From Octopus vulgaris (lineage: Eukaryota), in assembly GCA_951406725.2 (NCBI GenBank), contig OX597816.1:74090001-74154000 (forward strand): a stretch of DNA of 64,000 nt, written 5' to 3'. Under the pieces are notes generated by a model that searched no databases, had not been told where the DNA came from, and was given only the letters and a program-made list of their open reading frames with translations. Shown one piece after another: positions 39,415-54,210 of this stretch; positions within the stretch are counted from its first letter, which is position 1, and each line of letters begins with the position of its first letter. Both the position numbers and the translations under genes were made by a program.

Positions 39415-41832
39415 CTTTTGTGTGTATATATATATATACACACATAAATATGCATATATATACACACATACACACCCACATATATATATTTATATATACA
39501 TACACATGCACACACACATATATACATATATGTCCCCTAAATCCTTCTTCAGCCGAGTGAGCTTAATGTTGCAGGTGCTCATGGGTGCTGTCGCCACATA
39601 TAAAGCACCTATGCTGATGCCACATAAAAAAGTCATGCAGTCCACTCTGCAAAGTGGTTGCCATTAAGAAGAGCTTCCAGCCATAGAAACCATGTCAAAA
39701 CAGACGGAGAGCCTGGCCACTATGGAAAACAGACATTAAATGACAATGATGATGATGATGACCTACATCAAAATATATATACTTTCAGACACATACTTAT
39801 GGACATACACACTCACATTCATACATACACACATATACGCAAACATACACACATACATTCGAAAACTTAGGAAGGGCATCCAGCTGTAGAAACTTTGCCA
39901 GATCAGATTGGAGCCTGGTGAAGCCTACTGCCTTGCCAGCCCTCTATCAAACCGTCCAACCCATGCCAGCATGGAAAATGGACGTTAAACGACGACGATG
40001 AAGAAGACAATCTATCAATCCATCCACACACACACACAGACACATATATTCATCTATTCATTTGGTTAAATAATTGCCTTACTACCAATCTCAAGAAGCC
40101 AGAAAGAACATACCTAATCAAGTGATATACAGATACATGCAATCAAAAGCACTGTCAAAATGTGTAAAACATTCATAAAGTCCAGTATGCAATAAGATCT
40201 ATGCTTGCTCCCCCCATATGTGCCTGTGCACATGCACTTAATACATGCATTATGAGCTTCCATCTCCTACATTCCAGTTACACTTTTTATCTCAACACCT
40301 TTGTCTTTCATTAATCAGTTACACTGAAGGGAGTTTGTCTCATTTCTCTCCAAACTCCACAAATCTCTGAAGAGCCATGTCACTCAACTAGGCAACAGCA
40401 CATTTTGTATATAATCATTGAACAATCGGTCCTTCACTTTGAAAGAGAGACCCTTGATGATTATAGTTCTGCACCAGAATCTTTCCTTGTTCTTACATTG
40501 CTTACATTTCCAGTGCTAAAGGGATCTCCCAAATAACAGAAGCTATCAACAACCTACTTCTAGAGGACTTTCTGACCATACGAATGAGGCTGGTGCCAGT
40601 GCCCCCTGATTGGCTCCCATGCCAGTGGCACATAAAAAGCACCATCTGAACTTGGCTGATGCCAGTACTCTCTGATTGGCTCCCATGCCAGTATCCTCTG
40701 ACTGACCCCCCCGTGCCGATGGCACATAAAAAGCACCATCCAAATGTGATCAATGCCAGGCCCGACTGACTGGTTCCTGTGCCGGTGGTACATAAAAAGT
40801 ACCCACTACACTCTCGGAGTACTTGGTGTGAGGAAGGGCATCAAGCTGTAGAAATATTGTCTGATCAGATTGGAGCCTGGTGCAGCTGCTGGCTCTCCAG
40901 ACCTCAGTCAAACTGTCCAACCCATGCCAACATGGAAAATGGACATTAAACAATCATGATGACAATGGAGTTAATCTCACATGGATTCTTACTGTTTTCA
41001 ACTCTTATGCATTTCTCATATCCGACACCTAACTTTATTGTCAACCTGTTTGTACTCCCACAAAATCCTTTGTGAGATGAAACTTTGCTATGATTACACT
41101 GTACGGAGTTCCTACCAACTCCTTTTCTGCATACTGAGTATAGCTACTGTCCTGTTTTCTTTCCAGCTAATTAAAATTTCAGCATTTGTTATGTTTCCTT
41201 TGAGACCTCTTAATTCTTGGTTTTGCTCCCAAATTTGGAACTTTCTTGCTAAATATTTGACTAATTCAACAAGAACAAGGTAATTGGCTTACAGGGGTAT
41301 ATACAGAGAACTGGTTGTAAATTCCCTTTTCATGGCAAGTGTTTGAGAAGACCTATCAGGCCAAGTAAAATCATAGCCACGGCAGATACCGGTGTAATGC
41401 AAATGGCACCCATGCCAATGGCACATAAAAGCACTCATTACACTCTCGTTGACGTTAGGAAGGGCATCCAGCCATAAAAAAAAAAACGTCAAATCAGACT
41501 GGAGTCTGGTGCAGCCTGCCAACTTGTCAGCCTTGCTCAAACTCCCCGATCCATGCCAGCATGGACAATGGATACTAAATGATGATGATGATGATCAGTG
41601 GGGTAAAAATTGAACCTTAATGTACACCAACTTGTATCTTGAATTGCTTGCTGATCACACTCCTTTCACCAAGCTGATGGCCTGAAAACTCTCTGAACCC
41701 ACTAGCAAAATTCAGAGTAGCATTAGACTGACTTGATATATATATATATATATATAACTCCAAGAAAGTTAGAGATTGTGAATCCAACCCACTAAGAGAT
41801 AATATCTATCTAATATACTGCTGGTAGAATGA

Positions 41833-41875
<43 letters not shown>

Positions 41876-44800
41876 TAGGGATGGTATTATTAAAATACCA
41901 TCACAAGTGGTAAGCGAATTATCAGCTGTACAGGCAAATTAATAAAATATACACATACAATATTAGATATGTACATATATACACAAGGCTACTACATGAG
42001 TACCTATATCGCTAATGATAGAAGTCAAAAAATACTTCTGTACCACTGAATAGTCACAAATCTATTACAGACTAGATAGGGAAATATATATATATATATA
42101 TCTTTTATCCTTTACTTTTTTCAGTCACAAGACTGTGGCCATGCTGGAGCACCACCTTGAAGAAGTTTTAGTTGAATGAATCAACCCCACTGCTAATTTT
42201 TTATTTTAAGCCTAATACTTATTCTATCAGTCCCTTTTGCTGAACCACTAAGTTACAGAGATGTAAATGCATGATCCCCGGTTGTCAAAAAGTGGTGGAG
42301 GACAAACAGAGACACAAAGACATACTCACACACACACACACATACAGTTTGTGTGTACCAAATCCCTTAAAAAGTAAAATATGTACCTGTGTGACTAGCA
42401 TAAAGTGTGTGTGTGTATATATATGTATGCATGTATATGTATATACATAAAAAGCACCATCTGAATGTGGCTGATGCCAGTACCACCTTGACTGGCTTCT
42501 GAGCTGGTGGCACGTAAAAGGCAGCAACCAATAATGGTCGTTGCCAGCCTCCTCTGGCCCCTGTGCCGGTGGCACGTAAAAAGCACCCACTACACTCTCA
42601 GAGTGGTTGGCGTTAGGAAGGGCACCCAGCTGTAGAAACACTGCCAGATCAGACTGGAGTCTGATGCAGCCTCCTGGCTTCCCAGACCCCAGTCGAACCG
42701 TCCAACCCATGCCAGCAGAGAAAACCGACGTTAAACGATGATGATACATGTAGGCATTGTAGGCAGATATCTAGGCTATAGAAGAAGACAATTGTCCAAG
42801 GTAACACACAATGGAACTGAACCTGGAACCACATGATATGAGTGCAAACTTCTTACTACACAGCCACGCCTATATAAATTTACTTATTCAACTCTTCGCT
42901 ACTTGATCAATGACTTCTGTTCTAAAATTAGCACAGTTCAATATGGATTCCTAACTTACATTGTTTAAATTGAATATAGTGTAGCAGGATTGCAGTTATT
43001 TCTAAACACCACAACATCATGCCACTCCACAAACTGTAAAATATTAAATAAGCTTATAGAAAATGGGAATAATAGTCATGAGAATAGAAACTGCCTTTTT
43101 ATGAGTCAACATACGTAAAATGCATTGAATAGAATGTGAGTGCATGTGTGTGTGTATGTGTATAGACAGAAATACAATTACGAGGTCAAATGCAATTATA
43201 AAGGTTCGTTCTCAGAGAAAAAAATTGTAAACGTGAGAAAAAAACATTGTATTGGAATGCAGGTTAATGTTTAATTGTTTTCTTTAGCTCTTTCAAAAGG
43301 ACATCTTTGTATTCTAAATAAGATGAAAAGATAGAGGGAGAAAAATAGAGAGAAAGATGGATAGTTAGTGGGAGAAAGGTAGATAGATAGCGAGAGAAAG
43401 ATAGATAGATGGTGAGAGAGAGGTGGGGGGAGATGTAGATAAAAAAATGAATTGGTGAAAGAAACAGAGTGAGGGTCATTTACTGGCCTCAATCATAGAA
43501 CTGTAGGCAAGATGAAGTCCCATTTCAAGGTTTTAAGTTAATGATGTTGGTATATATTCTTAAGCAAGGCTAGTGTTTGTGTTTATTGGTTTCTTTTTAT
43601 CAAATTGCTTTGAATAATTGCCAAATGAGTTGTTTGCTTGAGTAATTAGTAACATAAAGCTCAGAGTAATGAATCTTGAAGCTACAATTTCTGATAAAAC
43701 AAACAAGTTCTACCTTTTTGGTATAAAGCATTTATTTTCTTGTGAACACAAGAATTCACCATACCACACACACACACACACACACACATTTGATCATCAT
43801 CATCATCGTTCTGACATCCACTTTTCCTTGCATGCATGGGTTTGAGTTTATTGAAACAGATTTTCTACGACTGGATGCCCTTCCTGTCACCAACACTCAT
43901 CTATATCATCATCATCATTGTCGTTTAATGTCCGCTTTCCATGCTTGCATAGGTTGGATGGTTTGACTGAGGACTGGTGGGTCAGAAGGCTGCACCAGGC
44001 TTCGATCTGATTTAGAAATGTTTCTACAGGTGGATGCCCTTCCTAACGCTAACCACTACAAGAGTCTAGTGGGTGCTTTTACGTTCCACTTGCACGAGAG
44101 CCAGTCTGGCGGTTCTGGCAATAACTACGCTCATATGTTTTTCATGTGCTGTTAAGGTGACACTGGCAATGATCACGCTCGAATGGTGCTTTTTATGTGC
44201 TACTGGCACGGGAGCCAATCCGTGGCCATGGCAGCAATCATGCTTTGATGTGCTTTTAACATTCCACTGGCACGAATGCCAACCAGGCAATACTGTCATT
44301 GGCCACGTCAGCAATTTTGATTTTGTTTTCACTTGCCTCAATAGGTCTTTGCAAACAAAGTCTGTAATAAGTAATATTTCTTCATGGGCAAACATAATTT
44401 TGCAGAATATTGGAAATGAATGACACTGCTTGTATGACAGTGGACAATCATGTGACATCAAGGCACAACAACAATAACACACACACACAAAGGGCTTCTG
44501 TCAGTTTCCACCAACCAAATTCACTTCCAACACTTTGGTTGGGTCAGGGCTCCAGCAGAAAACTCTGGCACAAGGGGCCATACAGTGGCAAACTTCTTAA
44601 CCACACAGCCATGTCTGTCTCTCAGCTCTCCATAAAAGAGAGGGTCAACCACATTGTTCAGGATTGAATCCCACTGCATGACACCTTGGGCAAGTGTCTT
44701 ATAGCTCCAGGTTGACCAAAGCCTTGTGAATGGACTTGGTAGGCAGAAACTGAAAGAAGCTCGTAAATATATCATAACCATTATCATACTTTAATGTCCA

Positions 44801-45178
44801 TTTTCCAGCTTTTGTGTGTGTGTTAGCATGCACGTGTGTGTGTTCCCCCATCACCGCTTGTCAAATAGTCTTGGTTTATTTACATCCTCATAACATGGTG
44901 ATTCTGTAAAAGGTACCAATAGAATAAGTACCAAGGTTATAAAAAGAATAAAAAATTTAAGGCAGTACCCCAGTATGGCCACAGTCTAATGACTGAAACA
45001 AATAAAAGAAAAGAAAAGAGATAACAATGTTTATAAATAATTTCAGACTTTCTGGAATGTCCTAGAACAAGTGGTTTGAAACTTTTATTCCAGTATACTT
45101 TGGTGTACCCTTGACAAAGAATATTGGGTATCACAAAATAGACAAATAGTGGAAACCATAAAACAAACAATCTGTAAT

Positions 45179-45438
45179 TTGTAGTAAAGATTGTTTGCCA
45201 ACATAACATGGCAGTGCTGGTTTAGGACGAATGTTGTTGTAGTTTAGCCCCAGGAGACGTCGTGTCCAGCTGGCTATATGGCATGATCTGTGTCCTTATA
45301 TTTTCAAACAAGGGAATATAAGGACACAGGCTGTGTCATATAGCCAGCTGGAGATGATGTCTCCTGGGGCTAAATTACAGCAATATTTGTCCTAAACCAG
45401 GACTGCCATGTTATGTTGGCAAACAATCTTTACTACAA
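45179..45438. repeat. Long fold-back repeat (~120-bp arms)
   Basis: TTGTAGTAAAGATTGTTTGCCAACATAACATGGCAG ... CTGCCATGTTATGTTGGCAAACAATCTTTACTACAA; related element at 56250-56490. Confidence 0.9.
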
Positions 45439-45589
45439 AATACTGTTGCTGAATATCTCACCTTGTGAGATTTAGAAATAGTAATTTTCTTATCTGTAAT
45501 TTGTTGTCAATTAATTATAATTAACTAGAAGTCATGACTTCCAAACAAATCTCTTTATTAAAAATACTCTCTCTCTTTAGGTATCAAGT

Positions 45590-46140
45590 CCTAATGGGCA
45601 GTCATGTCCTGCTACAATTCCCTGTTCGTCAAGCTTGACATCCTTCTCCTTCCTCTGCTTCTTTTTCCAACAATATTTCTGATCATCGCTAAATTCTCCA
45701 GGCCTTCTTTCCTCATCACATAACCAAGAAATCTCAGTTGCTTGGCCTTTATCTCTTGAAGCAGTTTCCTACTTACTGCAACCTGGTTTGTCCATTACCA
45801 TCCTCAATATTCCCCTTTTGAACCACATTTCCCAGCTCTCAAAGCCCCTTCTCATTTCTGACAGTATAGACTACACCTCACTTCCATACAAGGTAGACAT
45901 AGCAGGTTAAAATACAGATTTTGATCTCGATGCTCAGACTACGGTTTCTCAAGAGGTTTTACAATTTTGAAAATGCAAATTTTGTCAGCACTATTTGTCT
46001 TTTGATTTCCATCACACATCTTCATCTTCTGGGATGAGAGTTCCAAGGTAGTTAAAGGACAACACCAGCTTAATGGTTCAATTGTTCACTTTCAGCATGC
46101 ACTTTGGGTTTCCCTTCTTTGTCACCACCATACACTCTCC
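45590..46140 (-). mobile_element. Old RTE LINE fragment
   Basis: Minus-strand remnants FNYLGTLI..DV..EIKRQI..KFAF, LYGSE, QLRFLGYVMRKEGLEN, KRSRGRRR with frameshifts. Confidence 0.7.
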
Positions 46141-49100
46141 CTCCTTGCCATATCAGTTGATGAAATTTTTATTTTTTAAATATTGTTTATTCAATGTAAG
46201 GTCATTGAAAAAATTTGGTTGTGACTATTTCAAACTTCCAACATTTTTATAAATGTATATCTCAGTAATTTCACATGTATACCCCTATATTTTCTCTGCC
46301 ATTTATGTCTATGCCCTCGCATACTGTCTATCCCTGATGAGTCTCACCCCAACTCATCTTTCTAACATGCTCCCCCTCCACCTGTGTTCATCACTCACTG
46401 CATGCTCCTCCTCCCTATCTCCCACTCTCATCAACCTACCTATTCACTCACTCTGTCCAATCTTCTGCACCGCCAACACATATTCATGACCAACATCTCT
46501 CTCTCTCTCTCTCCTCTTTCTCTCTCCTCTCTCTTTTTCTAATGGAGCAACCATGTATCACCTCTGCTGCAAGACACATGCTTCTGTCCCTCTATCATAC
46601 ATTAACTTCTCATCACCTGGTGTAAAGCCATCTCCCTCAATACTAACCCCACCTCTCACTACAATCAGCTGATGGGGTTCTTGTCTTGCAAGTTACTTGA
46701 TGACCTTACAAGTGCTGGTCACACATAAAAGACCTAGCACATTCAGTAAAGTGGTTGGTGTTAGGAAGGGCATCCAGCCATAGAAACCATGTGGATCTTC
46801 GCACAGGTCTTCAAAGGGGTCTCAGGAAGTAAGCATGCCTCCGTTCCTGAGCTAATTTTCCACTACATTTCTTAAAAATCATGGTAGAAGCTTTGGTGTC
46901 GGGACCACTCATGTCTAGAAACTGAGGCTGGGGATAAGCAAGGGCATGCTCCCTGTAGAAAATCCAGCTCCAAAAAGACCTCATGATAGCAAAAGAGAAT
47001 GGGCACCAGCCAGCCAGAAGGTTGGGGTGGGCTGCACCTGCCTATCTCAGTTGCTATGGCATTGAGGTTGTTCTGGCCACCTTTGTTAACGGGAACAAAA
47101 CCCGGATTTAAAACACTGGATAATGATGATGATGACGACATAGTCCTCTACCTCACTGGCTGCTGTTGAGCCATCCAACCTATGCCAGCATGGAAAACAC
47201 TAAAATGTGATGATGACGATGACCCTTGTTTGAAAACTTTGTGAATCAAATAATCAATAGAAAAAAATACAGTTTGACTTCCTATAATGGTTTTCTCTCT
47301 AATGCTACCACGCAAACAACGATGGCAAATTACAAGAGGGCCATTACAAAATTACTTCTTAAAACCCATTTATTTTTTACCTGGCTGCATAATATTAAAT
47401 ATTTGTTTTATTAACCTAAGTGAAACAACATGGGGAAGGGTGCAGAAACCTAGCAAAAGCAGAAGATAATAGGGGTTGTCATCACCCTTAACCCCCCCCC
47501 ACCGAAGTATTCCCCCCACTCCTATCCCAAACGCCAGTTTATTGGGTTTTATTTCTTTCTTTGTTAATGTTTGTTTACAAGACAGAGAAGTGCTTAATAA
47601 ACAAAGAGAGGAATTTGGACAGCAAGTCTCATATTGACCCAGTGTCAACAGTAAAAGGGTGGTGGGTGGGAGGAGGGATGTGCATTAAGCCAGCCAACCA
47701 ACCAAAGCAAATAAGGAGACTTGTGTTAATATTGCCTTTTTTCTCTCTGTCTCCCTCTGTCTCTCTCTCTGTCTCTCTCTCTCTCTTTCTTTCTCTCTCT
47801 TTCTCTCTCTCTCTCTCTTGTTCCCCAACCTTTAGACAAACAGAGTGTTTGTTGAAGTTTGAGTTTAAAGCAGGAAATAACTACAGGAACCAAGAAGAGA
47901 ATATTTTAGTGATGGTCACCAAAGGAATAAATAAATTGAAAAAACAAAAAACCCAGACATGTTTGAATTTTTAAGATTTTATCAAGATCAACGTAACCGT
48001 TTTTTTGTGCCGACCAACTTTACAAGTAATCTTCTTGGATTTTAACTATTTTCTTTCATCTTTTCTCTTTTATCTTTTACTTGTTTCAGTCATTAGACTG
48101 TGACCATGCTGGGGCACTGCCATGGGGTATTTTAGTTGAACTAATTAACCCCAGTACTTATTTTCTTTTTAAGCTTAATGCTTATTCTATTGGTCTCTTT
48201 TGCCAAACTGCTAAGCTTGATCCTCACAGTCTTTTAACAACCGGTGTTGGTGTGTTTTCATCCCTGTAACTTAAAAAAACAAGTACCAGAGCCTATTCAT
48301 TTGGCTAAAAATTAGATTGTAGCCCCAGCATGGCCACAGTCTAAAGATTGAAACAAGTAAAAGATAAAAGATTTAAATATAATGCCCTAGCTTGTTATAT
48401 ATTTAAATATAAGACATAGGCATAGGAGTGGCTGTGTGGTAAGAAGCTCACTTCCCATGGCTCCGGGTTCAGTCCCACTGAGTAACCAGAGCCTTGTGAG
48501 TGTACTTCATAGACAGAATCTGAAAGAAACCTGTTGTGTGTGTTTGTCCCCCCCACCATCATTTGACAACTGATGTTAGTGTGTTTCTGTCCCTGTAACT
48601 TAGCAGTTTGGCAAAAAGACTAATAGAATAAGTACTAGTCCTGGGGTCGATTTGTTTGACTAAAATTGTTGCTCCAGCATGGCTGCAGTCAAATGACTGA
48701 AGCAAGCCAAAGAATAGCCAGTCCGCCATTGCTTTCGTAGTAAAAATAGATCTTGTTTTAAAAGAACACACAAAAGCTCTTAACCATTCCTTTATATTTT
48801 CTTGAGCAAATTATTCCAGCTTTGGAAAATATCAGCAACCAACAACTCTAACAAATTTCCTGCTTATTCTTTAGTTCAGATCAAAATTGTATTTATACTA
48901 TTTTATGGTTTAAAAAAACAAAAAAAATAAAAGCTTTGCAGAATATGTCTCATGTCCTTTGCTAAAAAAATAAAACACCGTGACAAATTGAAGAAGAAGG
49001 GAAAATGTGTTTTTCTGTCATTCTCACCTCAAAAGGCTTTGTTTGTTTGTTTTTATAAATATAAAATGGAAGATAGAAAATATAATAATTCCTTCAAAAT

Positions 49101-52100
49101 TGCTAATAAAATTGCTATAAAGATTGTTCATCAAAGCGTAGGGTGAGTAATTAGAATATTAAGTTTATAAATGAGCCATTCAGTTCACCAAACCATATTA
49201 AATATAATGGTTGGCCATGATTATTCTGTAGCCAAACTGTAACAGGAATGAGGTGATCCTATTGGCCAACTGGTTTAATCATTTAATTTGTGAGGTGACA
49301 AAATTAGGTCGTCTGAGTCCCTAATATAATATACAGAAGTATGTCTTCAGAATATTGCTGTCTTTTGTAGTACTGAGACATAATGGCATTTAAGATACAC
49401 ATAAAAAAATGTCTTCTGCTGAAACAGACATCATCATCATCATTTAATGTCTGTATTTTACGTTGGAATATGTTGGATGGTTTGACAGGAGCTAACGAGC
49501 CAGATTTCTGTGTTGATCTCCAGTGTCTACATTAGCATGGTTTCTGTGGGTGGATGTCATTCTTAACCTATTAATGGCCAATTTTTTTTATTTAATTTAT
49601 TACCAAAAGTCTTTTTTTTTTATACAACTTTATCTGATACTAAATATATAAAAAAAAATTTGATTACAATACTTGAAAGACACTCCAAACTTGATGACTA
49701 ATTAAATATATCTCAGAAAAATACAGGTGTTACAGAAATATGATGGATTATCCTTCTGGTCCTAAAAAAAAGGACCATGGGTGCTAATGGGTTAATGAAA
49801 GCCACTTCACAGTGTGTGCTGGATGCTTTTTTTGTGGCACTGGTGCTAATGAAGTTACCAAGTAACTCACAGGATACGACCCCTTAACAAAGTGGTGGGG
49901 TGGCATGCAGTATAGAGGGAGATGGCTTTGTGCCAGGTGTTGAGAGGTTAAAGTATGATGGGGGCAGGTACAGGTGTCTTGCAGAAGAGGAGATACATGG
50001 CTACCCTAGTAGGAAAGGAAGAAAAGATGGTGGAGGTAAAGTGACAGACATATGGCTCAATGGTTAGGGTATATGGCTTGTGATTATGAAGTCATGAGTT
50101 CAATTCCTAGTGGTGTGTTGTGTCCTTGAGCAAGATACTTTATTTCATGTTGCTCCAGTCCTCTCAGCCAGCAAAGATGAATCTCCCTGAGAACTACATT
50201 AAGGGTGTGCATGTCTATGGCATGCTCAGTCACATTGATTTCACGAGCAGGCTGTTCTGTTGATTGAATCAACTGGTAGATTCATCATAACCAATGGAGT
50301 GCCAAGCAATTGCAAGCATTGAGGACAGGTCTCTGATTTCAGGATCACTCCCTCCCACCAGGCTCTATAAAGGGTCATAGGTATTTCCTTCCCTACTCAC
50401 TCTTAGCAGAGGTTACAATGTGAAACCTAATGCTAACATACAACACAATTAGTCAGTGTGTAATATAAAACATGTCACACAAAGTAGCAGGTATTTGTGA
50501 TACAAATCACATAACTGCACTGACTTAGTCTGTGGTACCACTTAAAGAGCTCAGTATTTAAATAAATTAATAAAATACTTGTAGATCATATAACTATAAG
50601 GTTTGTTTTACTGGAAGATGATTCATTGAAAAGATTTGCTGTTAGAATTCTTTGAACAAAAACAAAGGAAGCAAGGCAGCATTATTAATATTCAATTAGC
50701 AAACTGGGTTGTGGTATATTTGGTGTACTTGAGTGGCTGAGTATCTCCTCTATGTTAAGATAACTATCTCTGTCCCTTTATTATATTTGAACCTCTCACC
50801 TGGCACACACCCACTTCCCTTAGTTTCACTTCCTCTCTTCAGCTGGCAGATCTTTGTCGTGTTAGATTCTTGGTGACCCCAGTGGTGCTGGTGCCACGTA
50901 AAAAGCACTCTGTGCCAGTGCTGTGTAAAAGGCACCCAAGTCATTGCCATGTTAAAAGCACTCATGCCAGTGTCACATAAGAAGCAGCCATACTAGTGCC
51001 ACATATAAAGCAGCCAGCACATTCTGCAAAGTGGTTGACATTAGGAAGGGCATTCAGCCATAGAAACTATGCCAAAACAGACAACTGAAGCCCAGTGCAG
51101 TTCTCCCGCTTGTCAGATCCTGTCAATCCATCCAACCCATGCCACAATGGAAAATGGACATTAATCACCACTGCCAATTGTGACCAATTAATTACCTATA
51201 CCTGTGTCTCCATCATACTATAACCTCTCATCAGCTGGCACAAAACCACCTCCCTCAATGCTATTCCCACTCTCAGCTGAGGAGCCTTGTCTTGTGAGTT
51301 ACATGGAAACCTCACTGATGTTGGTGCCACGTAAAAAGTACCCAGTACACACTGTAAAGTGGTTGGCATTAAGAAGGGCATTCAGGCATAGAATGTAAGC
51401 CAAAACAGACACTGGAGATTGGTCCAGTCCTCTGGCTTGCCAGATCTTGTCCAACCAATGCTAGTATGAATATGGATGTTAAATGATGATAGTGATAATG
51501 ATGATGACAACACTCTTAATGATGAGAAATAAACAAGCATTAGCTTAATAATTAATTGTGGTCAAAATCTACAGAAGAAACAACCCTAGAAGTTTAAATA
51601 ATTAAAAACAGAATTCTGTAAGGAGTGTACTATATTTCTGGTCAGAGTAACAGTGTTTTAATCTTATGAGATCTCATCAGCAACACATAGTATAACAATT
51701 GCTGCCAGATCCTGGTTTAATTGATTGACCAGCTCTACAACCCTCTGATCATGAACTGAACACTCTCACCACTGGGCCACATCCTTCATACGAAGAAAAT
51801 GTTACACAATTTCATTCTTGCAGCCTATGAATGTTTGGTTTTGGGACTCAGCAAGACCTGAATTAATCCCACCATTGTCTCCTTGACTTAAGAACAAAAA
51901 ACAAAAAGGGAAAATGAAAGGTAATCACTGAACAACATTGCTCTTTCTTCATTATATAATTATTTCTAATTAGGCTTTTCATTCTCCCTGAATTAAATAT
52001 ATTAACAGCAGACACAGGCGTGGCTGTGTGGTAAGAAGTTTGCTTCTTAATCACATGGTTCTGGATTCATTCCCAGTGTGTTGTAGCTTGGGCAGATGTG

Positions 52101-54115
52101 TACTACTATAGCCTATGCCGACCAAAGTCTTGTGAGTGGATTTGGGAGACAGAAACTGAAAGAAGCCTGTCGTGTATGTGTGGCTTTGTGTCTGTGTTTG
52201 TCTTCCACTACCGAACGACAACTGGTGCTGGTATGTTTACATCCCAATAACTTAGTGGTTCAGCAAACGGGATCAATTGAATAAGTACTTGGGTCAATTC
52301 ATTTGACTAAACATTCTTTCAAGGCAATGCCCCAGTATAGCCACAGTCTAATGACTAAACAAGTAAAACATCATCATCATCATCACGATTATCATCATCA
52401 TTATCATTTTATCATCCATCTTTCCATGTTTGTATGGGTCAAAAAGTGTTTATTAAAGCAAATTTTCCGTGGTTGAATGCCCTTCCTGTCACCAACCCTC
52501 GCCCTTTTCCAAGGAAGGTCAGGTATGTTTTCACAGAACATCAGAAACAAATGACATTTATTTACAGCAATCACATGATGTCAAGACAAGGAGACACAAG
52601 CACACACACACACGACAAGCTTCTTTCAGTTTATGCCAATCAAATCCACTCACAAGGCTTTGGTTGACCCAGGGCTATATAAGACGATGCTGAAAGTACT
52701 ACACAGTGGGGCTGAACCTGAAGCCATGTAGTTAGGGAAGAAAATAATCTTAATCACACAGCCACAGACTATTCGATTTGCCAACATCAACAAAGGTAAA
52801 TAATTCTGTAAATTTTATGGCAAGGACCGTGGAGATTATATTCCACTGATGAGATCAGAATAATGCTGAAACATATTCACAATTGTCTCCTATATTTGAT
52901 GGAATAACCAAAATAATGTCATTGACTAATGTTGTTTTGTTTTCTTGTCACTGCATATTTATTTCTGCTAAGCATTTATTTAAATGTTAAAACTAACACA
53001 ATTATTGAATTTTTCTGCTCTGCTTATCCAATATGTAAGGAATTCCATTTTCTTACAGAAATGCCATTTATGCATTTACTGATTCATTCATAACTACCAT
53101 GACCTCAGTGGTGTACATATTTCACTGATAAGGTCTCAGGAGGTGGAAACATGTTCACAGTTATGTTCCTTGCTTGCTTGAAAATGAAAATTCTATTAGT
53201 CATTGACTAATACACACAGGAGGGGCTGTGTGGTTAGTAGCTTGCATACCAACTACATGGTTCCGTGTTAAGTCTCACTGCATGGCACCTTGGGCAAGTG
53301 TCTTCTACTATAGCCTCGGGTTGACCAAAGCCTTGTGAGTGGATTTGGTAGACGGAAACTGAAAGAAGCCCATCATATATATGTATACATATATATGTGT
53401 GTGTGTATATGTTTGTGTATTTGTGTTTATCCCCCAACCCCACCCCAACATCACTTGACAACTGATGCTGGTGCGTTTGCATCCCTGTAACTTAGTAGTT
53501 TGGCAAATGGAGACTGATAGAGTAAGTACTACGCTTACAAAGAATAAGTCCTGGGGTCGATTTGCTCAACTAAAGGCGGTGCTCCAGCATGGCCACAGTC
53601 AAAATGACTGAAATAAGTACAAGAATAAAAGAAGTTGCATGTATTGAATACCTGCCTATTCTTTGATACATTCCATCTGCCCATCCCTCCATTCATCTAT
53701 TCCTCTATCACTCCATCCATCCACCCATTCACCCTTACAACCATCCCACCATCTCTCCATTCATCTATCCATCCAGCCCCCTCCCTCCTTCTTTCCATCC
53801 ATCTTTTCAGCTCCCCCCACTCTCTCTCCATCCATTCATCCCTCTTTCCCTCCATCCATCCATCCATCCATTCATTCAGCAACCACACCCCATTCTTTCT
53901 CTCTCTCTCTCTCTCCCCTTCTCTCTCCATCCATCCATCCACCTCCCTGCATTTGTTTCTAGATAACATCTCAATGACCCTCCACACTTACATTAAATGT
54001 GTTTGCCCTAACCCACCAAGAACCCACCAAGAACACAAAATCCAATGACCAGCTGGGTTGACATTGGAGACAGCACAACAATAAAGGTATCAGAGTGGAC
54101 ATTCAGAGGACTTAC

Positions 54116-54210
54116 CACTTGTTGTACAGTTGCCGTGAAAGGTAATCCACGCATTCGTATAATCACTTGTCCTCCTCTGGATAAAAATGCTTGAGCTTCA
54201 AGATTATTTC
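54116..54210 (-). CDS. ESRP: ESRP exon C (linker and start of qRRM2)
   Basis: tttgcag|GAAAT...CAAGTG|gtaag; 95 nt; [31 protein letters not shown]; ends phase 0. Confidence 0.95.

Noticed and set aside
53635-54048. Pro/Ser/His-rich ORFs
   Set aside because: Derived from (CCAT)n and (CT)n low-complexity sequence.
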